From positions 1 through 37,785 of the IMG/VR virus record IMGVR_UViG_3300036802_000114: a stretch of DNA of 37,785 nt. One strand, given 5' to 3'. The position numbers and the translations under genes were made by a program. Numbering within the stretch: the stretch's first letter is position 1; each line of letters begins with the position of its first letter. Below, piece after piece: positions 18,481 to 27,365 of the stretch. Origin of the DNA: a virus. Lineage: Duplodnaviria; Caudoviricetes. The notes beneath the pieces were generated by a model. That model did no database searches. It worked only from the letters and a program-made list of their open reading frames with translations, and was not told the DNA's origin.

Positions 18481-20142
18481 TTAATACGTATAAACCCCAA
18501 AGTCTATATCAACCGATTCGCCACTATCGATCAGATTATCGCTCCCACAAAAAGCAGCTACCATGGCCATAAACGGATCTGTTTTTCTTGATTTCTCTTC
18601 AATTTTCCCGAACGTTACGTTTCCCGCTTGTGATGTGATTAAACAGCTATTATTTATAGCCCATCGAACCAAAGGATTATCTCCTACTACGATCGCATGA
18701 TTAACAAATGCGCTATTGATAACTGGACTAAAACGCATTTGGTCACTCGGTCTAACAAGTTTAATAGGATTGGAGCCGCTACCTTTTTCAGTATCAAACC
18801 CCACATTTTTTAGTGCCCTTGCTAATAAGGTATAGCGAAAATTATCCATTGATAGAGTAGTAATATTATATTTTTGTCCTTGTTCTGCTAGCCACTCTGC
18901 TACAGTTTCAGGCGGCACTTCTGGACCATCAACAAATGTTAATAGCCCTATTTTCTCCCATTCATTCAACGGCGCCTTAATCCGTGGAAGGTCTTTGCTC
19001 TTTTTACAAACCCACGTGTGACTTAACCAGTAATAAATTCCCTTAAACTTAAATAGCAAGCCTGCAGCTACGAAGTCATTTAGCTTTGCATAGTCGATTC
19101 CAGCTACGCAAGTGCAACCTTCCAAATCTGGTATAGGCTGGTTAGTCGCTAGTATGTTTTCCCAAGGTGTAACCTCAACATCTTGATTACCTTTAGGTAT
19201 ATTCATCCTCTTTGTCATAAAGCTAGAATTGTTAACAGGGTCCTCTTTGAAATCAACGTATTCTCGTTTCATAGTTGCCAATAATTCTGGGAAGTGATGC
19301 AAGGACGGATTGGCTTTATCCCACATTTTCGGATTATCTACTTCTTTTTCATCATCCAGTTTGCAAATAAAAGGCAGCAGTCCGTTGTCGTCTGCTGCCC
19401 CTTTTAATATATTTTGTGCTCTTGCTATAAGCCGATCTAGTGGTCCGTCTCTCACATCTCCATTAGTTGTGGTGATCGTTGTCCTCGGATTTTTCTTTTT
19501 CCCTAGACCTGTCTTAAATACCTGGATGCTTTTGTAATCCTCGTATTGGTGGTACTCATCAAAATCGACTTTACCAGGTCTGCCTCCGTCTTTTGTTTTG
19601 GCATTGCTCGTCCTAAATCTCAGCTTTGAACCAGTTTTTATGCTTGTAATTAATTCCTTTGTCCAGGTGAAATGGGATTGTAGCTTTTTCTTGTTATCTT
19701 CCAGCACATTCCATATATCATCAAATGATGTCTTCGCTTGTTCTTCGGCATTAGCGCAAATATCAATGTCATAATTTTTAACTTTATTATGTTCACTGAT
19801 TAAGCAAAAATCCTCAAAGCTTAAATAACCATTCTTCCCAGCTCCACGCCCAACTAAGATAAATAAGTCTGGCCATCTAAGTACGCCTGGTTGTGCGTAA
19901 GTGCAATTATGCAGCGTAAAACAAAATACCTCCCAATCTAATAAATCGAAAGGGAAGTATTTTTGTAATCCTAAGTATTTATGCAGTTGTTCTTCATCGA
20001 CAAATAATTTTTCATTTTTAAAACACTTTTCAACATATTCACATAACTGGATTTGTTCTTTGCATACTTCTATTTTCTTGCTGCGTACCAGGTCAATATA
20101 ATTTTGTATTTCGGGGATTAGCTTTTTAGAGTTCGTTATCAT
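18481..20142 (-). CDS. terL: Terminase large subunit
   Basis: GRGAGKN Walker A, VDFDEYH Walker B, WDKANPSL, GIDYA, KTDP nuclease motifs. Confidence 0.95.
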   Translation of the reverse strand: MITNSKKLIPEIQNYIDLVRSKKIEVCKEQIQLCEYVEKCFKNEKLFVDEEQLHKYLGLQKYFPFDLLDWEVFCFTLHNCTYAQPGVLRWPDLFILVGRGAGKNGYLSFEDFCLISEHNKVKNYDIDICANAEEQAKTSFDDIWNVLEDNKKKLQSHFTWTKELITSIKTGSKLRFRTSNAKTKDGGRPGKVDFDEYHQYEDYKSIQVFKTGLGKKKNPRTTITTTNGDVRDGPLDRLIARAQNILKGAADDNGLLPFICKLDDEKEVDNPKMWDKANPSLHHFPELLATMKREYVDFKEDPVNNSSFMTKRMNIPKGNQDVEVTPWENILATNQPIPDLEGCTCVAGIDYAKLNDFVAAGLLFKFKGIYYWLSHTWVCKKSKDLPRIKAPLNEWEKIGLLTFVDGPEVPPETVAEWLAEQGQKYNITTLSMDNFRYTLLARALKNVGFDTEKGSGSNPIKLVRPSDQMRFSPVINSAFVNHAIVVGDNPLVRWAINNSCLITSQAGNVTFGKIEEKSRKTDPFMAMVAAFCGSDNLIDSGESVDIDFGVYTY

Positions 20143-20434
20143 CTTCCATCACAACGTTTCTTGTGTTCAACTCTAGTTCTTTTAAAATTGCCAATTTTTG
20201 TTTGTTATATGCTACTGCATTTTTTACGGAGGGATTTTCTTTTTCAATCATAAATCCAGATGCAGAAGTTGTTTTAAACATAAATCCACGTTCTTTTATA
20301 TCCTTTTGCATAGCTTTTTCCTGCTTCCAATACCATAAATAATCGTCAATTAAACTCTTAAAATGTTCAACTTTTGCGTTATTATCTTCAAGTTGTTTTA
20401 ATAAAGAATCCTTGATAGTCTTAGCACTAGACAT
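20126..20434 (-). CDS. terS: Terminase small subunit (P27 family)
   Basis: DIKERG...KENPSV...NKQKLAILKELEL; GGAGG RBS. Confidence 0.88.
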   Translation of the reverse strand: MSSAKTIKDSLLKQLEDNNAKVEHFKSLIDDYLWYWKQEKAMQKDIKERGFMFKTTSASGFMIEKENPSVKNAVAYNKQKLAILKELELNTRNVVMEDDNEL

Positions 20435-20484
20435 ATTTTCAATCCCTCCTCCCAAATGCAAGATTAATCCATTTTTGTCCTATT

Positions 20485-20582
20485 TTTTTCTCGCGCACGT
20501 GATATTTCTGTTTTGTCTTATACCCTTACCGTTTCCCGTGATTTCTGACCGCTTTTCAAATAAAACGACCGGGGGGATCTTA
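20485..20582 (-). other. Putative cos packaging region; candidate cosN CGGTAAGGG (20523-20531)
   Basis: CCCCCCGGTC...GGAAACGGTAAGGG...CACGTGCGCGAG lies between HNH and terS, the usual layout in Firmicutes cos phages. Confidence 0.55.
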
Positions 20583-20612
20583 TTATCTACCATTTTTTCA
20601 TTCAATTGTGTA

Positions 20613-20801
20613 TTAATAATTTGGATGTTCATATTCTTCTTTTTCTTGATTCCAATTACATTTTTCGCAAATTTTGTCTCCGTTTTCCCATAGTTCAACT
20701 CTCAAGCGTCCACAATTTACACACTCTTTATCTGTGTACCCGATAATTCTTCCTCTATCTTTTGGAGTCTCATTGGTATCGTTAAGATTAATTTTCACCA
20801 A
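20613..20801 (-). CDS. Small zinc-ribbon protein
   Basis: CVNC and CEKC; AAGGAG RBS. Confidence 0.65.
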   Translation of the reverse strand: MVKINLNDTNETPKDRGRIIGYTDKECVNCGRLRVELWENGDKICEKCNWNQEKEEYEHPNY

Positions 20802-20841
20802 TATCTCTCCTTCACAATGGGATATAATACTTACCTATGCA

Positions 20842-21153
20842 TTACCATTTCTCATCATTTAATTGCTTTTTATATTCAATCGTATGATGTATCTTATAAT
20901 GGCACTCATCACACAATGCCATAAGGTTGCTCTTAGTCAATGCTAAGTGTGGATGCTCCCTAACATACTTGATATGATGTACCATTGTGGCCACCTCAAA
21001 CAGTCCATTATCCTTACACATCTGGCATTCATTATGTTGCTCTGCTAATACCTCTGCTCTTAGATGTCTCCATGCTGCTGACTTATAAAAGACTACAATC
21101 TTGTTGTTTCTAATAATTGTTGTTATCCATTGCACTAACTCTGTATCATTCAT
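20842..21153 (-). CDS. Terminase-associated HNH endonuclease
   Basis: FYKSAAWR, ECQMC, VHHIK, NLMALCDECHYKIH. Confidence 0.92.
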   Translation of the reverse strand: MNDTELVQWITTIIRNNKIVVFYKSAAWRHLRAEVLAEQHNECQMCKDNGLFEVATMVHHIKYVREHPHLALTKSNLMALCDECHYKIHHTIEYKKQLNDEKW

Positions 21154-21157
21154 AGCT

Positions 21158-21301
21158 CTACATCTCATCCAATTTGTGAAGCATTTGATAGGATTCACCA
21201 GCAACAATAAAACTTAAAGAATCGTTGACAAAGAATGCTACTGTCATTACCCCATAAAAATCAGACAAGATTTGATAGCTAATCTTTAAGTGTAGTTTCA
21301 C
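21158..21301 (-). CDS. Possible 47-aa hypothetical protein
   Basis: GTG start after GAGG; fills the gap before HNH. Confidence 0.35.
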   Translation of the reverse strand: MKLHLKISYQILSDFYGVMTVAFFVNDSLSFIVAGESYQMLHKLDEM

Positions 21302-21358
21302 TACATCCTCACCGCCCCCAAATAAAAAAGGACAACTCGTTTGAGCGTCCTTCCTGTG

Positions 21359-21541
21359 TTATTTATCCACTTCTGTTACATCAAAATTAATTACTTTATT
21401 CATGTTATAATATTTTTCAGTTTCATCACATTTTACCCATTGATTATTAGTAAGGACGGTTACTACATTTTGTAAATGGTTGTTTTTAACTATAATACTA
21501 TCGTAGGATCCATCTTCCAATTTCAACATTACTGAGAACAT
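21359..21541 (-). CDS. Hypothetical moron protein
   Basis: GAGGGG RBS; SigH-like motif upstream (~21566-21592); hairpin downstream (~21326-21352). Confidence 0.65.
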   Translation of the reverse strand: MFSVMLKLEDGSYDSIIVKNNHLQNVVTVLTNNQWVKCDETEKYYNMNKVINFDVTEVDK

Positions 21542-21617
21542 TTCCGCACCCCCTCTCGCCTATTATTTCGACAAAAAGGAGCAAATTCCCTGTAATAAAT
21601 TGTTAATATTTAGTGAA

Positions 21618-21782
21618 CTATTTATTTCTTATAGCACCATTCTTCCTGGTGTACGTTTGCCTATCCATACCCATCAGGTGCTTAATATCTTCTGTGCTTA
21701 GTTTCTCAGGCTTGCGTTTCTTCTTAGGTGACTTACCCAGCTGCAGTTTCTGTTCTTTGGATAAGCGATCAGCAATTTTCAT
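21618..21782 (-). CDS. Small basic phage protein
   Basis: AAGGTG RBS before MKIADRLSKEQ; ends LMGMDRQTYTRKNGAIR. Confidence 0.7.
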   Translation of the reverse strand: MKIADRLSKEQKLQLGKSPKKKRKPEKLSTEDIKHLMGMDRQTYTRKNGAIRNK

Positions 21783-21829
21783 TTCAACACCTTCTAAAAC
21801 AAAATAAAAAAACATCCTCGAAAGGATGC

Positions 21830-22207
21830 TTAGTCTTGAAATAATCTTCTCATGACAACTTCATCAATTTTTTTATAGTATATAAAAATACTATCAATTA
21901 ATTCTTGCAGTTCTTCAACGTTGTAATCAAAATCTTCATATTCGTAATTTTGGATTACTTTACCTACAGCAATTTCATACTTACCCATTTCTTGTTCTAA
22001 TTCTTCAATATCAACTCTTTCTAATGGCCAAACTTTTTTTAGCATTTCTAAAGTGGTCTGCACTCTATTCCTTGCTATTTCCACGTCTCTTTTTGAATTG
22101 ATACTTCTAAAAATACTATGGTCTTGATGAAAATAACGGTTAGCATATTTTCTACGTTTTTGAGAATATCTATGTTCATTTAAAAATTCTTTTGCTATTG
22201 GATCCAT
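21830..22207 (-). CDS. Hypothetical helical moron protein (125 aa)
   Basis: AAGGAGG RBS; terminator-like hairpin at ~21813-21830. Confidence 0.75.
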   Translation of the reverse strand: MDPIAKEFLNEHRYSQKRRKYANRYFHQDHSIFRSINSKRDVEIARNRVQTTLEMLKKVWPLERVDIEELEQEMGKYEIAVGKVIQNYEYEDFDYNVEELQELIDSIFIYYKKIDEVVMRRLFQD

Positions 22208-22308
22208 TATTTATTCCTCCTTATACTCACAATTATGAGTATAAGGAAATAGATGGACAAACACTATCGTTCGACATTTATTGACAAACCATCATTTACT
22301 TCGGCAGA

Positions 22309-22424
22309 TGACAACCGCTGAGATCCACACCTTATTTGCTACAGTCGCAAACCTGAAAGGAAGGGGAAGGAAAGCAATGATATGCTGAATCAATCAGTCA
22401 TTCATAGCCAGGTGTGGAGTGTCA
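22309..22424. ncRNA. Candidate structured non-coding RNA
   Basis: Nested pairings TGACA/TGTCA and TCCACACCT/AGGTGTGGA enclose two small hairpins; no ORF. Confidence 0.4.
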
Positions 22425-22490
22425 ATATAGAAAAAAGCGCCACTCCGTAAAAGGAGGACGCTTCTACTAACTTTATAAAATTTCATACTA

Positions 22491-22566
22491 CTAATATAAC
22501 ATGACTAAAACAAAACATTCGTTCTTTTTTCTGCCGTTTTTCTGCCGTTTTTCTGCCATTTTTCTA
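22491..22566 (-). promoter_or_regulatory. Putative ArpU-activated late promoter: extended -10 plus three 11-bp direct repeats
   Basis: TGTTATATT on the minus strand (22493-22501); TTTTTCTGCC(G/A) x3 at 22526-22558 with about one helical turn period. Confidence 0.7.
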
Positions 22567-22569
22567 TCA

Positions 22570-24021
22570 TTAAAGCAGATGACTAATAAATTTTATAAAT
22601 AATACAAAGTCTATTATTTCTTTAATTATCTCAGCTATTTTAAAAATAAATACTGTAATGAGTAGTCCTATATTTATTCCAACAAAAAGCATTCGTAATT
22701 TATTTATAGAAATTAACAATTCAGAGTAGGGATCTTCTAAATATATTTTTCGGATTTTTGTCACTTCATCAGTTGGTATTAAAGATATCTCATCAATAAA
22801 AAGATTAAATTGTTTACTAATTAAATCATATCTTTTGATAGAAGAACTTTTCATTAACATATAGAAAATAATTGAAAATACTATAAAAATAATTATAAAG
22901 GTAACCGCATATATAAGTGTAATATTGTCTAGAGTCCTAAACAATGTAGTAACCAATAAAATTAAAACTGATAATATAGAACCGATAAAAGAATTACTAA
23001 TTTTATCTGTCTGTTCAAAGATAACTTTAGAAGCACTCATAGCCTCCTTTAGTAGCTGATCTTTCGTCTTAAAAAAATCTTTTATATCATCTTCAATATA
23101 ATGATTATAATAATGACTTATTGTTTTCCAAATGTTAGGTAGACTTTCATCCAACTTCGATATTGAATCCTTATCAACTAAATAGAGAGTTATAACTCTT
23201 TTAATGATCATATATTTTTCAGTATATCTTCTTTGAGAAATCAAAAAAGAAAATATGTTTAAAAAATCCTGGTAATGTTTTGTAGAGAATTCATTGGTAT
23301 TTGAAATTGATATATTTATTTCTCCTCTTATAACATATCCATTGATATCTTCCTTTTCCGCTAAACAATCTAAAAATGTTTTATAAAATTCATTTTCCAG
23401 CATTTTCACAAATTCGTTTGTACTCTCTTGATTGTTTTTCAAAATAAATGAATAAGGATTATAATTATAATTTTGCTTACTTCTTTTATTATTAGAAAGG
23501 TAGAAATCCAAGTTTTCAATAATTTGTTCATGGATTTTGTGGACGGCGACATCCCCAAAAGAATTTTCATTTTCTAAACTAATAAAATTAATAATTTCGG
23601 TCTCCACATTTTCATTATTAATAATACCTATATTCAATTTATTTAACCTTTTTTCGGTAATATTACATAAAGAACTTATTGCCGACTTCTTATCAAAAAA
23701 TAAGTAATCAATTTTATCATATTTATCGAAAGTTATGTTTTTTTCAAGATTAATGGAAATATCCGTTATTTCGGAAATTTCTTTCATATTGTTTTCAAGA
23801 TCATATATAATATCCTCTATATCTTCATTAAAGGGATTACAAGATAAATTAAAATAATTTATTTTATCTTTAAATGATTTAATAAGCTCCAAATTTAAAT
23901 CTTGACTTATTCTTATTGCGATAATGTCTATGGTTTCTGTATAATCGAAGGATTTATTTTCAAGCAACAACAAAATTGACGAAAATTCCTTAAATACGGG
24001 AAATATATCAACTCTACTCAT
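22570..24021 (-). CDS. Uncharacterised 483-aa protein with ~3 C-terminal TM helices (cargo)
   Basis: Very AT-rich; GGAGG RBS; hydrophobic segments FIGSILSVLILLV, LIYAVTFIIIFIVFSIIF and LFVGINIGLLITVFIF. Confidence 0.85.
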   Translation of the reverse strand: MSRVDIFPVFKEFSSILLLLENKSFDYTETIDIIAIRISQDLNLELIKSFKDKINYFNLSCNPFNEDIEDIIYDLENNMKEISEITDISINLEKNITFDKYDKIDYLFFDKKSAISSLCNITEKRLNKLNIGIINNENVETEIINFISLENENSFGDVAVHKIHEQIIENLDFYLSNNKRSKQNYNYNPYSFILKNNQESTNEFVKMLENEFYKTFLDCLAEKEDINGYVIRGEINISISNTNEFSTKHYQDFLNIFSFLISQRRYTEKYMIIKRVITLYLVDKDSISKLDESLPNIWKTISHYYNHYIEDDIKDFFKTKDQLLKEAMSASKVIFEQTDKISNSFIGSILSVLILLVTTLFRTLDNITLIYAVTFIIIFIVFSIIFYMLMKSSSIKRYDLISKQFNLFIDEISLIPTDEVTKIRKIYLEDPYSELLISINKLRMLFVGINIGLLITVFIFKIAEIIKEIIDFVLFIKFISHLL

Positions 24022-24037
24022 AAAATCCCTCCTCCGA

Positions 24038-25087
24038 TTATTTTAATTCTCTCTCTAATCTTACAGTTTTATCTATTGTAATCACAGTATTTTTTTCTTT
24101 ATCTTTAGTAACCTGTATTTTATCCAATAATCCATTATTATATCTAAAAAAGATTTGATTCTTCTCTCCCTTATATACAATAGTATTATCATTTCTCTCA
24201 GCCAAAAATGTTGTCTGATGGTCTGGATGCTTTTTAATGTATTCAGTTACAAATTGGTCAGCAGAGTTCTTTATAAATAATTCTCTATCTTGTTTTTCAG
24301 CTGGTACGCTATCCTCCAAAATATTTTTAATAGCGGTACGTAACTCAATCCGTGAATTATTTGAGAATTGTCTGTCTATATGTTCATAAATTCTATTAGG
24401 ATCTACTTCTGGTACAATATTAACTAAATTAGCCCTCGCACTTCTAATTACTTCTTTTGTAATAATTTTATCGTTTAATAATTCTTGGGCTTGTAGAAAT
24501 GTTTCAATGAAAAACCTTGCAGCCTCCCCTTCTTTTTGTTGTTTATCCATTACATAAAGTTCGGCCTCTTCTCCATTAATTGGTTTATTAAACCTAATAA
24601 TTGAACATTTGTGTACTCTATCATTTGAATCTGGCAATATGTTTTCCAATGCACGAACTGTTAAATTCTCATAATCTACTTGAACACCAGTTTTTGGATC
24701 TAGTTTTATAAAGAAAATACATTGTTCCCCACTCAATACAACATCTAATACAAAGAATGTTCCACTACTATTAGAACTTGAGCTTTTCATTATCGTAAAA
24801 AGGTTTTCGGTTAATTCTTTTGAGAGCTGCAAAAAACCTTCATCACTAATATTCTGTTTATATCTATCAATTTTAATTTTTACTGAAGCATCATCATCAA
24901 TAAATTTACAGCTTTTGGTACTTTTACCTTCCCTAGTTTCCAATAAGTGAGTGATAAAAAAATCATTAATAATACCGCTCTCGTTTACTAAAGGAAACAA
25001 ATGATCAGAAACCTTTGGTGATGATGCCAATAAGTCTAAATGATTAATTGTAAGCCTATTTAGTTTAAAATTATTCTGCTTTTCCAT
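24038..25087 (-). CDS. Nucleoid-associated protein-like (NdpA/YejK, NA37 family)
   Basis: 349 aa; N-terminal INHLD, SSGTFFV..FFIKLD, VHKCSII, LYVMDKQ..ARFFIETFL pattern recalled for this family. Confidence 0.6.
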   Translation of the reverse strand: MEKQNNFKLNRLTINHLDLLASSPKVSDHLFPLVNESGIINDFFITHLLETREGKSTKSCKFIDDDASVKIKIDRYKQNISDEGFLQLSKELTENLFTIMKSSSSNSSGTFFVLDVVLSGEQCIFFIKLDPKTGVQVDYENLTVRALENILPDSNDRVHKCSIIRFNKPINGEEAELYVMDKQQKEGEAARFFIETFLQAQELLNDKIITKEVIRSARANLVNIVPEVDPNRIYEHIDRQFSNNSRIELRTAIKNILEDSVPAEKQDRELFIKNSADQFVTEYIKKHPDHQTTFLAERNDNTIVYKGEKNQIFFRYNNGLLDKIQVTKDKEKNTVITIDKTVRLERELK

Positions 25088-25129
25088 TTCGATTCCTCTA
25101 TTCTTGTTATAATTAAATAACTATTGTTG

Positions 25130-25241
25130 GTTATCCATATCTTATATTGTGTGGAACTCAGTCAAACGCTGAAAGCATTGATACACATATTTTCATACCA
25201 CTTCTTAAAAATGAATTACACATTTCTATAATATGGATAAC
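25130..25241. repeat. Inverted pair of ~30-bp putative tyrosine-recombinase sites
   Basis: GTTATCCATATCTTATATTGTGTGGAACTCA (25130-25160) and, reversed, GTTATCCATATTATAGAAATGTGTAATTCA (25212-25241). Confidence 0.6.
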
Positions 25242-25257
25242 TAGACAAAAAAAGCAA

Positions 25258-25288
25258 TAAAAAACTCACCTTCCTATTAAAGGTGAGC
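25258..25288 (-). terminator. Terminator after the tyrosine recombinase
   Basis: GCTCACCTT-loop-AAGGTGAGT followed by a T-run. Confidence 0.7.
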
Positions 25289-25830
25289 TAGATTTTGAAT
25301 TCCTTCATAGCTTTGTTCATAGCATCTTGGTCAATTCCAATATATCTGAGTGTGAAAGCTGGGTCTGAGTGATTTAGAATCTTCTGGAGCAATGCTACAT
25401 CTCCAGTCTGTTTATACAAATGATATCCAAATGTCTTTCGTAACGTGTGAGTGCCAATATCATCAATACCTACATATTCAGCTCCTTTCCGTAATATCTT
25501 ATACGCCATGCTTCTGCCAATGGGTTTATTTAATCCTTCTCTGCTTTTAAATAAGTATTCATGGTCCTCTTTACCATCAATGTATTTTTTAAATTCTCGT
25601 TGAAGCTGCGGTGTCATATCAATCCGTTTCTTTTTATTTGTTTTCATTTCTATAATATTAAAATACGTTTTTTTGGCATCAATCACTTTAAGAGGAAGGA
25701 TATCTGAAATTCTAAGTCCTGAATTAATTCCTGTTACAAAGAGCATATAATTACGTTCATTTTGCTCCTTTAAATATCGTTTAATTTCAAAAATCATATC
25801 CGGATCTCGTATAGGTTGGACGAAATTCAT
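25288..25830 (-). CDS. Small tyrosine recombinase (catalytic domain only, 180 aa)
   Basis: GLRISD, HTLRKT, LNHS and RYIG supply the R-H-R-H-Y catalytic residues. Confidence 0.93.
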   Translation of the reverse strand: MNFVQPIRDPDMIFEIKRYLKEQNERNYMLFVTGINSGLRISDILPLKVIDAKKTYFNIIEMKTNKKKRIDMTPQLQREFKKYIDGKEDHEYLFKSREGLNKPIGRSMAYKILRKGAEYVGIDDIGTHTLRKTFGYHLYKQTGDVALLQKILNHSDPAFTLRYIGIDQDAMNKAMKEFKI

Positions 25831-26273
25831 GCTTCATTCACATCCAATTCCTCATAAACTTCTATTTTAAGAGCAAAAGCAAGACTATAAAATGCTCGAG
25901 CTTTTAACCGGTAAAACTTCCTTTCAGACATCCCCATTTCGTTATATAACTCATAATCATACATTTCATCGTCACTGAAATACCGTCTAATAATTATTTC
26001 TCGTTCCTTGTACTTTAAACGGTTTATTCCTCTACGAACCCATTCAATATATGATTCTTTTTTTCTTTCTAGATCCACATTGTTGATTGCTGCATCTTCT
26101 GTAGATGAATGAAACAAATTAGTGTTTGTAGGAGGAACAAGTGAATAGGTTGAAGTAACTTTTGGAGCTCTTTCATCTGGTACAGATAGCAAATATAATC
26201 GGTATTTCTCTAATTTTTCTTCAACCGCTGATTTAGTTTTTTTTCTATCGATTTCAGGTAGCAAAAAAGGCAT
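25827..26273 (-). CDS. arpU: ArpU-family late transcriptional activator
   Basis: LPEIDRKKTK, PKVTSTYS, STEDAAI, SERKFYRLKARAF. Confidence 0.88.
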   Translation of the reverse strand: MPFLLPEIDRKKTKSAVEEKLEKYRLYLLSVPDERAPKVTSTYSLVPPTNTNLFHSSTEDAAINNVDLERKKESYIEWVRRGINRLKYKEREIIIRRYFSDDEMYDYELYNEMGMSERKFYRLKARAFYSLAFALKIEVYEELDVNEA

Positions 26274-26340
26274 CCTAAATTCCTCCCATATGGTAAAATA
26301 GATTGTCGAGATATTACCAAGCTAGGAGAAATCCTGGCTT

Positions 26341-26517
26341 TTATTTTTTTCTTGCTTTCTTACTAGCCATAGATCCTCTCTCTCCACGCCACTTATAATC
26401 GATATGAATATTGTCAAACGTAACAACATTTGGTTTTTTCGTCGGCCTAATCGGATGTCTTTCAATGTATGCTAACCGTTCTTCCTCAGTCATGTACCAG
26501 GTTAAGACTTGTCCCAT
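26341..26517 (-). CDS. 58-aa hypothetical protein (absent from the ORF track)
   Basis: GGAGGAG RBS; MGQVLTWYMTEEERLAYIERHP... Confidence 0.7.
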   Translation of the reverse strand: MGQVLTWYMTEEERLAYIERHPIRPTKKPNVVTFDNIHIDYKWRGERGSMASKKARKK

Positions 26518-26556
26518 CTTCTCTCCTCCGATCTAACTCTTCTATCATTTTGTTTA

Positions 26557-26757
26557 CTATGCGAATTCAATCACTTCTGTATGAATAATATTTTCAGAGT
26601 AAATATCACATTCTTGAACACTATATAATTCGAAATTTTCATCAATGCCAAATCCTTCTCTTACAAGCTTTTCAGCCTCACCTTCATTTTTTGCAGTTAC
26701 AAAGGCCACATGTTGTAAATAAGCTGCAAAATAAGCAACACGATATACTTTCATCAT
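26557..26757 (-). CDS. Small hypothetical protein
   Basis: AAGGAG RBS; early operon orientation. Confidence 0.65.
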   Translation of the reverse strand: MMKVYRVAYFAAYLQHVAFVTAKNEGEAEKLVREGFGIDENFELYSVQECDIYSENIIHTEVIEFA

Positions 26758-26906
26758 TCAAACTCCTTCAATATCATTTTCGTTCGACTGATTCGCCTTT
26801 AAGGACGCTGTTCAAAATAGGTACCATTTACCAAACGTATTGATAAGCTTGGTGTTGTATAATCTTTAGTGGAGCAACGCGTATCGTCATAAGGTGTTGG
26901 TGCCTG

Positions 26907-27005
26907 ATGGACTTATTAATGTTCATAATTATGCTTTTGGATTTGTTACTATCGTTATTTTTAGCAAGAAAAGAAATAAAAAAGTTTTTCCGAAAAAGAA
27001 AGTAA
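26907..27005 (+). CDS. 32-aa hydrophobic peptide, type I toxin-like
   Basis: MDLLMFIIMLLDLLLSLFLARKEIKKFFRKRK; AAGGTG RBS, upstream TATAAT (26858-26863), downstream hairpin (~27042-27084). Confidence 0.6.
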   Translation: MDLLMFIIMLLDLLLSLFLARKEIKKFFRKRK

Positions 27006-27141
27006 ACTTTTAAAGCTCCCAAGATTCAAAAAATAAGATATGCGGCCCGGCCTTCTCTTAAATGGGAGACGTCCGGGTCGTTTTAATATTAAATAAGTAA
27101 ACATATGCATAATTTCTTCATCTTTTATCTCGTATTGTTCA

Positions 27142-27303
27142 TTAAGGTTTATCAAGTTCCTTAATTTCAACAACAGTTAAACTTCCGTCTTTTTCTTTTC
27201 TAGCTGTCACTTGGACAGCCTTATCTCCGTTCTTTCCCCAATCAACTCCGATTACTTTATTCTCTAAGTTAAACACTTGTTCGGATGGGTCATAACAGTG
27301 CAT
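27142..27303 (-). CDS. 53-aa hypothetical protein
   Basis: AAGGAG RBS; MHCYDPSEQ...IGVDWGKNGD...ELDKP. Confidence 0.55.
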   Translation of the reverse strand: MHCYDPSEQVFNLENKVIGVDWGKNGDKAVQVTARKEKDGSLTVVEIKELDKP

Positions 27304-27365
27304 AAGTATCACTCCTTCACAATTTAAGTCAAAGACAAATTAACTCTATGCTTTATTGTGTTTCC

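Noticed and set aside
20412-20698. 72-aa and 93-aa ORFs
   Set aside because: They overlap the putative cos region and neighbouring genes and lack an RBS.
22526-22566. 11-bp tandem repeats (also 32350-32393) as a CRISPR array
   Set aside because: No spacers and no cas genes; they fit activator sites and iterons.
25131-25240. TTATCCATA as DnaA boxes
   Set aside because: One mismatch from TTATCCACA, and embedded in longer paired sites beside a recombinase. Not excluded, but less likely.
26828-27173. Minus-strand 64-aa and 70-aa ORFs
   Set aside because: No RBS; they run through hairpins and are better explained by the + strand peptide cassette.
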